This document shows positions 1-11,553 of a DNA stretch of 64,000 nucleotides, piece after piece. The notes under the pieces were generated by a model. That model was not told the origin of the DNA. It worked only from the letters and a program-made list of their open reading frames with translations, and did no database searches. The first letter of the stretch is position 1. Each line of letters opens with the position of its first letter. Made by a program: the position numbers and the translations under genes. Origin of the DNA: Adineta vaga. Lineage: Eukaryota > Animalia > Rotifera. The stretch is taken from NCBI GenBank assembly GCA_021613535.1, contig CP075492.1, positions 13,330,001 through 13,394,000 on the forward strand, in the 5' to 3' direction.

Positions 1-755
1 TCAATTACAAATTCAACAACCTCATTCGGTAAATATTTATCTAAAAAGAAAAACTTTCAAATTTTCCTTTTCTAACTCGATCAATTTAAAAGAAAGCAAT
101 GTAAACTATGTCTAAAGATAAAATTGTTATTCATGAGAAATATTTTTTTTCCGATGTAAAATGTATATCGTTATCGATGTGAATAATTTCTAACGTGAAA
201 AAATGTCTATGATTGTTTCTTTAGACTGATAATCCATCATCTTCAAATGATTTAAATGAACGAACAAATCTTCGTTCACATTCCTTATATGAAATGATGA
301 GCAGTACGAATCGTCCTGTCTCATTAAATGTTGATCATGCTGAACAATTAAAACGTGAAGTTGAACGACTTCGTCAAGAATTAGTTCTTCAACAAGATAA
401 ACATCAAAAGAAATTGAAAGATATTCTTCAAGATGATCAAAATGCTCGAAATGAAAACTTACGTTTACAAAGAAAATTACAAGTTGAAGTTGATCGTCGT
501 GAACAACTCTATAGACAATTAAGTGAAAGTGAATCATCGTTAGAAATGGATGAAGAACGTGCTTTAAATCAAAAAATTAAATCTAATTCAAAATATGAAC
601 CATCAAGAATTAGTTCGTCATCATCTTCATCATCTCAACATAATCTCGCACGTTCAAGAACAGCATCTAGTCCAGCATTTACACTTCATCAAAGTAACGA
701 ATATCTTCAAAGAACAAGATTACCATCCAATAGTTTAGATAATAATATGGAATAA
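1..755 (+). CDS. CCDC6: 3' part of coiled-coil domain-containing protein 6 (exons <1..28 and 225..755)
   Basis: Peptide EVDRREQLYRQLSESESSLEMDEER matches the conserved CCDC6/H4 C-terminal motif. GT at 29 and AG at 223-224 keep the frame into the 294..755 ORF. Confidence 0.85.
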
Positions 756-987
756 ACAATCAATGCTTTTTCTTTTCAATGTACATTGTATCTTTTTCAT
801 TTTATTTGGATAAGAATTCCAATTGAATCGAATAAACTGTAAAGAACTTCTTCTTCATCATCTATCTATACGGTCTTTTATCACAGATTGATCCGAATGA
901 TACTATCTATTTGTGAACTAATAAATATATGATAAAATTGAAGAGAAGACAACAACAACAAGAAGAACGTGTCAATGATAATTCTAG

Positions 988-2141
988 ATGTGTGATATTC
1001 TATTAATTGAAGCATTTTATGATGGTTCACATCGTTGTTTGATTGATTTATTACATCGAACATTATCAGCTCGTTCGATCTTAGTAACATTACCGGGTAC
1101 AAAATGGCCATGGCGTGCGAGATGTTCTGCATTGATTCTATCAGATTTAATACCGAAAAATGAAACGAATACATTGAAATATCTATTCAGTTCATCGATC
1201 GTGAATTTAAGTGAATTAATTTCACTTCGATCTGATCTTCGTTCATTAAAAACGATTATTTATTTTCATGAAAATGATTTAGCTTATCCAAAACAGAATG
1301 AACAACAAGAACAACGAGATTTTCAATATGGTTATAATCAAATATTAACAGCATTAGTGGCAGATATTTGTTTATTTAATTCGCTTTATAATCTAAATAC
1401 ATTTCTGGATAAACTTGGACCATTTCTTAACCGAATACCGTCACCAAAAGCAAACATTCAAGATATTCGACAGAAAATTCAACAAAAATCTCAAGTATTC
1501 TACTATCCATTAGAGAAATCATTAGTACCGATTCAGGTAAATTGATTGATTTGATTTTTTTTCAATGTAAATAAACACAAAGCTTTTAAAGACTAATACA
1601 CAAAGAACAGGTCCATTATGTATTGTTTGGCCTCATCGTTGGGAACATGATAAAGATCCTGATACATTCTTCTCTGTTGTCCTTGAACTTTATCAAACAC
1701 ATTCATTAATCTTTTCATTAATCATTCTCGGTCAATCCTATGGTGAACAACCTGCTATTTTTAGTGAAATTCAATCGAAATTACCATCAAATTATATTCG
1801 TCATTGGGGTTTTGCACAATCAAAAGTTGATTATGAACAGTTATTACTCGAAGGTGACGTAGTTGTATCAACAGCTCAACATGAATTCTTTGGCGTAGCA
1901 ATGTTAGAAGCATGGCCGAGCGGGATGTGTACCACTCGTACCTGATCGATTAGCTTATACAGAACTTTATCCTAATGAACATCATCGATATAGAACACGA
2001 ATACAGTTATTAAATAAATTAAAAGAATATTGTCAAAAACCAGATTATGTTCGATATAAAACACCAAAACAAGATACGACACCGTTTGAATGGGAAACAA
2101 ATGAAAATATCCGAGAAAAATATTTACAATTATTTCAATAG
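988..2141 (+). CDS. GTDC1: Glycosyltransferase-like domain protein 1 / tRNA-queuosine alpha-mannosyltransferase (QTMAN); exons 988..1536 and 1592..2141, with an apparent +1 frameshift at about 1914
   Basis: Motifs ILLIEAFYDGSH, TLPGTKWPWRAR, YFHENDLAYP, RDFQYGYNQI, IVWPHRWEHDKDPDTFF and STAQHEFFGVAMLEA. The expected C-terminus (CRAGCVPLVPDRLAYTELYP...LFQ*) continues in a shifted frame. Confidence 0.9.
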
Positions 2142-2379
2142 AAATTTTCATATAAAGAAAGAAAAGAATAAAACTTATGATTATCTGAATCTTCAATCAG
2201 TATATATTTTAAAAAAAGTTTATTTTCTGTTCTATAGTGTCCTCTATTGATTAAATTCTTATTAGTAGACTGCTCGAACCATCGATATGAATGGTAAATT
2301 TCATGTAAAATCGATTTTTAAGGAAATCTCTCGAAAGTTTATGTTTCGTGTTTTGTCCAAAACAAATCCAATATCAAAA

Positions 2380-4074
2380 ATGTCAACTAGTGCATTGAAT
2401 TTTGAAGTTACCCATACATGTAATACAACTAAAGCACGCGTTGGTCATATAAGATTCGGCCGAAATCATACATCTCGTGGTCCGATTGAAACACCTGTGT
2501 TCATGCCTGTTGGTACACAAGGCACATTGAAAGGTCTTACACCTGAACAATTACATGAACTTAATTGTCGAATTATTCTTGGAAATACTTATCACTTAGG
2601 ACATAGACCAGTAATACATCGTGGATTTTATTGATTTCTCATCTTTCTCTCTCTTTATTCCTTTGTTATTAAGGGTCCTGAATTAATGAAAGAAATGGGT
2701 GGTCTTCATTCATTTATGCATTGGGATGGAGGACTTCTAACAGTAGATTTTTGTTGAATAGTTTACATGTTAATCTAGACAATTTTATAGGATTCTGGAG
2801 GTTTTCAAATGGTATCGCTCGTTAAATTATCAGAAGTTACAGAAGATGGTGTCAAATTTCAATCCCCGCATGATAAAACAGAAATGTTATTGACACCCGA
2901 AAAATCAATTGAAATTCAAAATATAATTGGTAAGAGATTTTATCGTAAAACGTCGAATATATCACTACGATAAAAAATCATTTGAATTTTTCCACGAATG
3001 CCATGTAGGCGACAAGCGAACGATGGAAATTTTTTATGTTTATAGGTGCTGATATTATGATGCAATTAGATGATGTCGTTTCCAGTACAATAAGTGGACC
3101 ACGAGTCGAAGAAGCAATGTGGAGGTTTGTTTGAAATAGTAAACTTTTAAAATGAAATACTGTTCATATTTATGCAGATCATTGCGATGGCTAGATCGAT
3201 GTATAGCAGCACATTCTCGTCCTACTGAACAAAGTTTATTTCCAATTGTACAAGGTGGTTTGGATGAAAAATTGCGAGAACAAAGTGTCAAAGGTAGAAT
3301 GTTCTTATCTAATTATTCGTTGAAGTTTTCTTTTCTGTTTTTCTAGAAATTATCAAACGAGATTGTCCTGGCTATGCTATTGGTGGTTTAAGTGGTGGTG
3401 AAGATAAAGATCATTTTTGGCGTATGGTCACACTTTCGACAGAATATTTACCAAAAAATAAACCAAGATATTTAATGGGTGTTGGGTTTGTTGATTAAAA
3501 CATTTATCTCATAACTTATTGAATATATATACATTATAGATTTGCAATTGATCTTGTTGTTTGTTCGGCACTGGGTTGTGATATGTTCGATTGCGTATTT
3601 CCAACTCGAACAGCTGTATGTATACGACTAGTTTCTATGAAAGAAATATCTTTGTTCTTCTTTATTTTCTTTCAAAGCGTTTTGGCTGTGCATTAGTAGA
3701 TAGTGGACAATTGAATTTAAATAAACAGATCTATGAAAAAGATCATCGTGTGATTGATGAAAAATGTATTTGTCCAATTTGTAAATCGGGTTATACTCGA
3801 TCATATTTGAATACAATTGTAACAAAAGAAACGACTGCTTGTCATCTATTGACACTTCATAATGTTGCATATCAGGTTTGACAATGGTATGTTATTGCAT
3901 TTTCTAAAGAAAAATTGATTAATTTAGATGAGATTAATGGCTCGAATTCGTCAAGCAATTATCGAACAACGTTTTCCAGAATTTATCAAAGAATTTGTTG
4001 CAATCTATTTTCAAGATAAAGACATACCAGTATGGATAACGAATTCTTTAAAATCAGTGAATATTGAATTATAG
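2380..4074 (+). CDS. QTRT1: Queuine tRNA-ribosyltransferase catalytic subunit (eukaryotic TGT), multi-exon; alternative in-frame ATG at 2341
   Basis: [86 protein letters not shown] and the zinc site CICPIC...HN, all reconstructed across canonical introns. Confidence 0.96.
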
Positions 4075-4524
4075 AAAAGAAAATTCTTTTTGTTTTTGTT
4101 ATTCTCAGTGAGATATTCTCTCATTCAGGGAAACTATTTTGTATTTATTGTTATATTGACAATAAAAGTTGCATAGACAAAAATAAAACGGAAATCATTC
4201 GTCCGTTTATTGTACTTCCTTGAATTGTCAATACTCAATGCGTATCATAAATAGGTGAAAATCATGTAACTTATTGAAATATAATAATCAATAGTTTGTA
4301 TATGTACAAAAACAAATCGAAAAAAAAAGAAAGTTTTTTTCCTTTTTCTACCTTGGCTGTATTCTAATAAACGTCATGTCGATACAAATGGCCATGTGAT
4401 ATATAATACAAATCATACGTATATATGAAATTTCTTCCGTTTAATGACGCGAAACATTAACCTGGCGTCATTTATTTCTTCTCGTTATTAAAATATTTCA
4501 ACAGAAAAACGAAAGAAAGCAAGA

Positions 4525-6103
4525 ATGGGTACTAAATCATCCAGACATCAACAATCTTCATTTATGGAAAGCCATCAGCATCAGCTATCAAGTAATCATT
4601 ATCGTGCAACATGGGATCATCGTATTGCTAGTGCTAGTGACAATGCTTTTCGTATTGCTCATGAAGCAATCAAACAGTCGAACAATTTCATTACTTCTCC
4701 ACCTATTGAAGAACCTGCTCATCAACTTCACCCATTTCGACCACCGAAACATAATCAATCGGGAAGAAGAAAACATCTTCATACACCATCAGCACATCAA
4801 AAGATGCTTGGTATAAGAAAAAGTCAATCAACTGGAAATTTAGTTAATCCAAATTTTGTCATTACAACTGATCAATTCTCTCATGATCCGTTTAAACGAA
4901 AACAACGAAAGAAATCTTCATCATCTCAAATATCAGTGCAATCATCCGAATTTTCAAATATGTCAAAATCAACATCAACAACAAGTTTTTCGGATAAAAC
5001 ACCGTTTTCCGGCACAAAACATAAACGAACAAAAAGTCCCAAAGATCTTAATGTAGCGTTTATTGATGCACATGATTTGAAAGTAAGTATCTTTCTTTCA
5101 TTAATTAATAATATCGATATATATATATATGTATTTTTCGAAATAGAGTGTTCGTGAAATTGGTCGAGGTAATTTCGGTACAGTTTATCATGCGATTTAC
5201 AAAAATACGTATGATGTTGCATTGAAGACGCTCAATTCATTTGATGGAAGTTTCACTGGTAGTGTTACTGATAGTAATGATCATCAAATGCAAGAACTAC
5301 TTCAAGAAGCAGATACAATGACACATTTAAAACATCCAAATCTTCTACGTATAATTGGTTTGAGTTTTTTTGGCGATGGGCAAAAATTAAGTTTAATTAC
5401 AGATTTTATGAAAAAAGGGTCATTATTAGATTATTTAAAAAATCGTCGAGAAGTGTTTTTAAAATCAGAACCATACAAAATTTCGAAGAAATTAAATAAT
5501 TTTAGTAGGCAAATTTATGCAGCCATGGTTTATTTAGAAGAACGAGAAATTGTTCATCGAGATTTAGCAGCAAGAAATTGTTTGATTGGTGAAAATGATA
5601 TATTGAAAGTTGGTGATTTTGGTTTAACAAGGTGAGTAAAATCGAAATGAAATAATACGAAGAAAATCAATTGTTTTTAGATTTACAGATTCTGGTTTAT
5701 ATCGTGCAACAACGAATACTGTTTGTGCACCACGTTGGACTGCTCCAGAAGCTTTAATCGCATCGAAATTTTCTTCACGTTCAGATGTTTGGAGTTATGT
5801 AAGATGATTGAAATCTGTTCTTTTTATCATATCTAATATATTGATTTTGATTTGTCATAGGGTGTCACTCTTTGGGAAATTTATTCATTAGGTGAACGAC
5901 CGTATGGTTCGATGCATAATTCTGTCATTTATGATGTTTTAAAAAATTCTTCGGAAAATATTGCACATCATTTATTGAAACCTCGTCGATTTTGTTCGGA
6001 TGAAACATATACACATATTATTCTTCTTTGTCTAACACATAATGTCACAATGCGACCACGTTTCCGTGATTTACAACAACGTATTATAACTATTCTTGGA
6101 TAG
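4525..6103 (+). CDS. Non-receptor protein tyrosine kinase with a predicted N-myristoylated, low-complexity N-terminus and no SH2/SH3 domains
   Basis: MGTKSS (G2/S6 pattern); IGRGNFG, VALKTL, HRDLAARNCL, KVGDFG, RWTAPEAL, SDVWSYGVTLWEIYSLGERPY across 4 exons. Confidence 0.88.
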
Positions 6104-7014
6104 AGAACTTAGTAATTCGAATAAACAGGAATGTTTTGTATGATTAAAGTAGCTTATAATATGAAGATTAGTTGTCTTGTTTTGAACTGTGGAAGATAAT
6201 GATCATACTAACATTATAATTATAAATGGATTTTAAATTATTTTTGATAAATCAGTTTCTCAGCATTCAAATGAAGTCTATATTGACTATGTATTAACCA
6301 AAGTATTGTCAATTTGAAAAAAAAAAGGAATCTGTGATGAGATCCATAAAAATTCTAGTGATAAATATACTGTTTTCTTTTGGATGGTAGCATCTTGCAG
6401 ATTCGAAGATAAGTTCAAAGCCGTATTTCTGTAGCCATGTTAATAGACACGACTACAAAACTATTTTTAATGGAAGGTTTGACGACTCTTCACGAAAGTC
6501 CATCACACAATAAAAGTTATCTCGAACTTCCAACAATCGTTCGATATGCATCTCCCTTCAAATATATTTATCCGTCAAGTGACTCAAGCCTCTAATCCCT
6601 CTGTGCGAACGTCACTGCATGTTTTATGCTTTATTTTTCATTGATGTGCTTATCGGCACTTACCAGTGCTCTACCAGCTCACATTTGTTTTTAGATCATG
6701 ATTTTCCTCTGATCTTTATATATGTGACAGTCGAGAAGTCATAGAATCGACTTGCTAGTAGAATGATAACTCATTTTTATATCAGTTGTTGGAATGATTT
6801 TCTCTAAGAAGATCCAGAGTCCGAATATTTTATTTGATACCGAGGCATTTTGCTGGATATATAGATACATACGAGATTATTCAATAATTTGAGATTCTTT
6901 CTTAACTTCATTTTATTCTTAATCAAAAAAGAACTTTCGTAACGTGATTCAAACGTCAGTATATATTTGTTCACAGTTGAAAAAATGCAATGTATTTATT
7001 GACGGTATTTGACA

Positions 7015-7920
7015 ATGTTTTCCCATATGAAATCCGATGATCAAGATAAGAAACGTAGTGAAATCATGGGTCATATCAAAACAGTGTATGAAACAAACGT
7101 TCGTCACAACGTGGAACGAGTGGAACAAAGAAATGTGCTCCTGATTGGACGAGCTCGAACAGGAAAATCCACTATTAAAGATGTTCTTGTTGATCCAACC
7201 ATGATATCGGATTATATGATAATGGCATCTCATACAAAACTAGCTACGTTTGAGTCATTTATTATACAGTCGAATAATATGCTGATAAACATTATTGATA
7301 CACCTGGTTTGTTTGAACGTGGTACAGAGGAAAACATAGTACGAGACAATAAAACAATTCTGAGAACTATTGAACAATGTGTTGAACGAGAAATTACCAA
7401 ATTTCATCTCGTGGATTTCTGCGCTTCATTTGAATGCGGTATCAATACAGAAGATATCGTTGCCATTCGTGAACTTACTCATTTTCTTGGTGCAGGTGTA
7501 ACACAGAATTCCTGTTTGATTATTACTCGATGTGAATCAAAAGATAGTAGACAAAGAGAGCGGCTCATCGAGGACGTCGTCAACAACATACATTTTAAAC
7601 CACTTGCTAGTTATTTCAAAAAAGGAATCTTTTTTTCTGTTTGTCTTAATCGAGATTCATGGGACAATGCTACTGACGATCTTTACAATCAATTCGACAC
7701 GATAGTGTCCTATCGAGAAAAATTTATCGATTTACTTACAAACAACATAGAACCATTCATGGTACAAGAATCCGCAATCAGTCGATTGCGTCAACTTGTG
7801 AACGAACAAGCCGAATTAAAGAAAACGACCGAAAATCTTGAGAAGAAAGGTCAAAAAGATGAAGCACTAATTCGTAATTATCAACAAAAATTCGCTGTGC
7901 ATTCGTGTAATATTCAATAA
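7015..7920 (+). CDS. Intronless AIG1/GIMAP-like P-loop GTPase with a C-terminal coiled coil
   Basis: G1 NVLLIGRARTGKST, G3 IIDTPGLF, G4-like LIITRCE; helical C-terminus. Confidence 0.75.
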   Translation: MFSHMKSDDQDKKRSEIMGHIKTVYETNVRHNVERVEQRNVLLIGRARTGKSTIKDVLVDPTMISDYMIMASHTKLATFESFIIQSNNMLINIIDTPGLFERGTEENIVRDNKTILRTIEQCVEREITKFHLVDFCASFECGINTEDIVAIRELTHFLGAGVTQNSCLIITRCESKDSRQRERLIEDVVNNIHFKPLASYFKKGIFFSVCLNRDSWDNATDDLYNQFDTIVSYREKFIDLLTNNIEPFMVQESAISRLRQLVNEQAELKKTTENLEKKGQKDEALIRNYQQKFAVHSCNIQ

Positions 7921-8030
7921 ATATATTTTTAACATATAAACGCTTGCATACATACTTTTAATCATAAATATTTTACTAATAAATTTCATTTTTTTATTCT
8001 TCATATGATGTTTCCCTGTGACGTCCAGAA

Positions 8031-8693
8031 ATGCATGTTGAACAGAAACAAAAAGAGATTGAAAATGATATCAATAATTACTACAAAATGTTAGAAAATT
8101 TTCAAGAAACATCCGTCCATAGAAACCTTCTTCTAATTGTACAAACTTGAACAGGCAAAATGACGTTAAAACAAATAATAGAAGATCCACAAAAACTGTC
8201 CAATGATATGAGTTTGATGTCACAAACAAAAGAACTTGAATTTCAGACCATCACTATAGAATCAGGTATGAAAATAACGTTAGTTTATACACCCGGCTTA
8301 TTTGATCGTAGTTCGAATCAAATTGACACTCAAACTATTCACGGAGAAATTCAAAAAATCATCGATACCTATGTATCGATAGCATCAGGTATCAATAGCG
8401 AAGATGTGAAAGCCATTGAAAACTTCTTGGATTATTTTGGTCCTGAACTTGCCAAACATATGTTTATAATTGTTACTCGTTGTCAATCAAAAAACAAACA
8501 ACAAAGACAAACATTACGTTTGGAAATTGAGCAAGATACATATTTTCGATCGATCGCGGCCTCATTAACCAAAGGAATTCATTTTTCTGGAGCATTGAAA
8601 CGCGACGATTGGAATCATGCAAATGAGGCATTACTAGTTCAATTTCGTAATATCTGTGATTATCGACACGAACTTATTCAACTTCTTCAATAA
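8031..8693 (+). pseudogene. Decayed tandem paralog of the AIG1-like GTPase
   Basis: RNLLLIVQT*TGKMT, with an in-frame TGA at 8148-8150 where the paralog has CGA. G3 is degraded to YTPGLF. SGINSED, IVTRC and KGIHFSG align with the upstream copy. Confidence 0.75.
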
Positions 8694-9878
8694 TCAAAAA
8701 CTGATTTTATAATGAAACCATTTAGAACTGCCCTAATTGGAGAACCATCATCGCTAATGGCACGAACTACCAACAGACAAACCACTCGACGCCGGATTTT
8801 CTATTTTAGTAAGGACAATACTTTGAATAAGTCATTTTTCAAAGAACATATGAAATTCATATGCTCAAATTTATTCTGTTTATTTGTATACATCTGGACA
8901 AATGATTATTGCTTTGTTGATGGTTACAGGAAGATATTATAAATGAGTGAAATAGTACTATGGAAGTTTTTTGATGACACATTCTTAAATCAGACTATTA
9001 TTTGATTATTTGAATATGGTTCAGCTAAATAATATTTTTACTGTTCGTTATACATTGAAAAACAAACTTTTGAAATGTGGGTTTTGTTTTGTAGGTTGCT
9101 GTCATTGTGATACGTCAGATTAAGCATGCTCGTCAAATTAAATTTTTGAAGACTAATACAAAATGTTAAGTCATAATGTTTTTTCTACTTATCAATCAAT
9201 CTAGTTGTTGTGTTTTATAAACTTTCATTTTCAAATAGATAATAAATGTTATCAATCGGTTTTAATAAGAAAGTGAACAAACAAGAAGAATATTTTTGCG
9301 AACTTTATTTTAATTCTTCTAGAAAAAAAATTCATCTATCATTATTCGTCAAGAAATACAGCACAGTGAATAGAAAGAAAAATAAGAGCTACTCTCTCGT
9401 ATTTCTTTTCGTTCTATTGCCTTTAGAAATCAATTTTACTCCACAGATAATATGTTTCGATTACAGAACGAAAAGAATAATTATGGAATTATTCATCAAT
9501 TATTACATAGGTTGTATCATTATCTTATCGTCTACAACATCTTTCTATTTAATTTCAAAGATAAAAACGATCTATCCATGTTTGTTTTTTTATTTATAAC
9601 GTGTTTTGTATGTTGTTTATAATCCTTATATATTGAGTTAATACTTTATGAATAAGATATGCTTCACTGAATTTAATATACGTTGTCACAAATATGTGAT
9701 TCGTATGTGGAGACTATGTTTTTATCTTGATATTTACTAGATATTAAAATGTCATTTGATACTCGAACGAATAAAGTCAACATCAAAATATCCACGATAT
9801 AGAGTCAAGAAAACCTATCATTACGAAGAAATTTTTTCATTGAACAAGTATTAAGATATAAGAAGACGTTGTGTTTCG

Positions 9879-10576
9879 ATGGAAGACGAACGAGAAAAAC
9901 TTACAGCTCGATGGGTAATGTATAATCAACGTGGTCGAATGGAAGTACCATCAGATAGATCATTTGAAATTTATAGCAAATTACTCTTTCGAATAGCAAG
10001 TGCTGATGGAGAACTGGCAGAATCTGAACGAGAATGGATCATCGGTCAACGAGCAGCATTAGGTAACTATTTTTCGTTCATTTTAAGATGAATATCATGT
10101 TTTAACGTAATGGAATATTTTCACAATCATATTGACAATTAATAGAAGATTGAAGAATAGAACTTACTAATATTTTATTGAAAGATTGTTTTACTTTATT
10201 TTAAGGAGCGTCTAATGAACTAATCGATATGCTTAAAACTTACAAACCTTCAGATGATGATTGGAAAAATCTCATAGAATTACAACGATCATTTATCGAG
10301 TCAGCTAGATATCCTCTTATCTATGATGCATTTCAAGCAGCTGCTGCTGATTTTGAGTTACATGATGATGAACGACGAGCTATTTCGGAACTTGGTCATG
10401 AACTTGGTATTGATGAATCTACTATTGAAAAAATTGCCGAATTATTTAAAGAAGAACAAGAAATTAAAAAACGACGAATAGCTTTACTTTATCCTCCTAT
10501 TGTTGCTAATGCATCTCAGCAAAAATCAGAACAAGAACATTATCACATTGATTCTGATGACGAAGGATCATTTTAA
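9879..10576 (+). CDS. TerB-like (tellurite-resistance/DjlA-N fold) protein; exons 9879..10062 and 10206..10576
   Basis: Duplicated motif IASADGELAESEREWI / AAAADFELHDDERRAI, typical of TerB. The phase-1 GT-AG intron keeps the frame. Confidence 0.75.
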
Positions 10577-11553
10577 TATAATATCTGACTTGATCGATTT
10601 AATTTTCGAAGAAAAAAAAGAACATACAAGTTTTTTAACAACAAATTTCAAATAATAAGTTACTAATCATATCATTATAGAGAAATTTTCTTGTACAAGC
10701 TATAATAGTATAGTCAGTTTAAAGATTTAAAGGCAGGATAAGTTCCATCGTAGTATTCATTCATTGCTACTACTTGAAGATGTATCGGTATATAACTTCG
10801 ATTTATGTGAGACATTTCATAGTATTTTCTTTGTTCGAAATGAACTAATATTTGTCTCGGTACAATCGATGTTTTTAGTTTACGTAGGAAGACAACTAAA
10901 TATTTGTAGAGTATGTGAAAATACATGAACGATAGGTCTTCCTACTGCGACAGTGGTAGGTGCACATTGACATAATACTGGACAAAGTAACAAGCGATCG
11001 AAACAGGCTAAAACAATATATATAGACAACTTTACATTTGTGAAAAACTGATTATGTAGAAACGAATTTTACAATATTAAACATTCTAAGAAGTAGAATT
11101 GTTATTTGTAAAAGTAGCAAACATACTTGCTCATGAACTAGCATGCAAATAAACAACACAACTATTGTTTCATATTGAGAAACGAATAAAAATAAGAATG
11201 TTGACGTCGTCCATTGCTAAACGTGCAGTAACTATAATTTTACTACGACTATATCGAGAGTAGCTGTTGATATAACGAGAAATCAATGACAGTAAATGAA
11301 ATATGAGGTTGTTTTACAAAATTCGATCTGAGGAAAGAGAAAGAAGAGATGATTCTGTAAGAAGTAGAGTGTAATGGGAAATTATATGTCACTTGTATAC
11401 TTTGTTAACTTAATGGATTCTGATAGTTATAAGAAATATTTACACTGTGTAAAAATAACTTTGAAGGTATCTTAACGTGCATATTTCATAGGTTAGAACA
11501 GTACTGTACAAGTGTCGAGTGAAAAATCATTACTTATTTTTTATTTGTGAAAA

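Noticed and set aside
9246-9599. 117-aa hydrophobic ORF and many similar 60-100-aa ORFs in the track
   Set aside because: Low-complexity F/I/L/K composition typical of spurious AT-rich or antisense ORFs; no motifs.
10714-11010. Minus-strand fragment LLCPVLCQC resembling an LRR N-cap, plus the 70-aa ORF
   Set aside because: Stops in the candidate frame and no coherent gene model; at most an unidentifiable relic.
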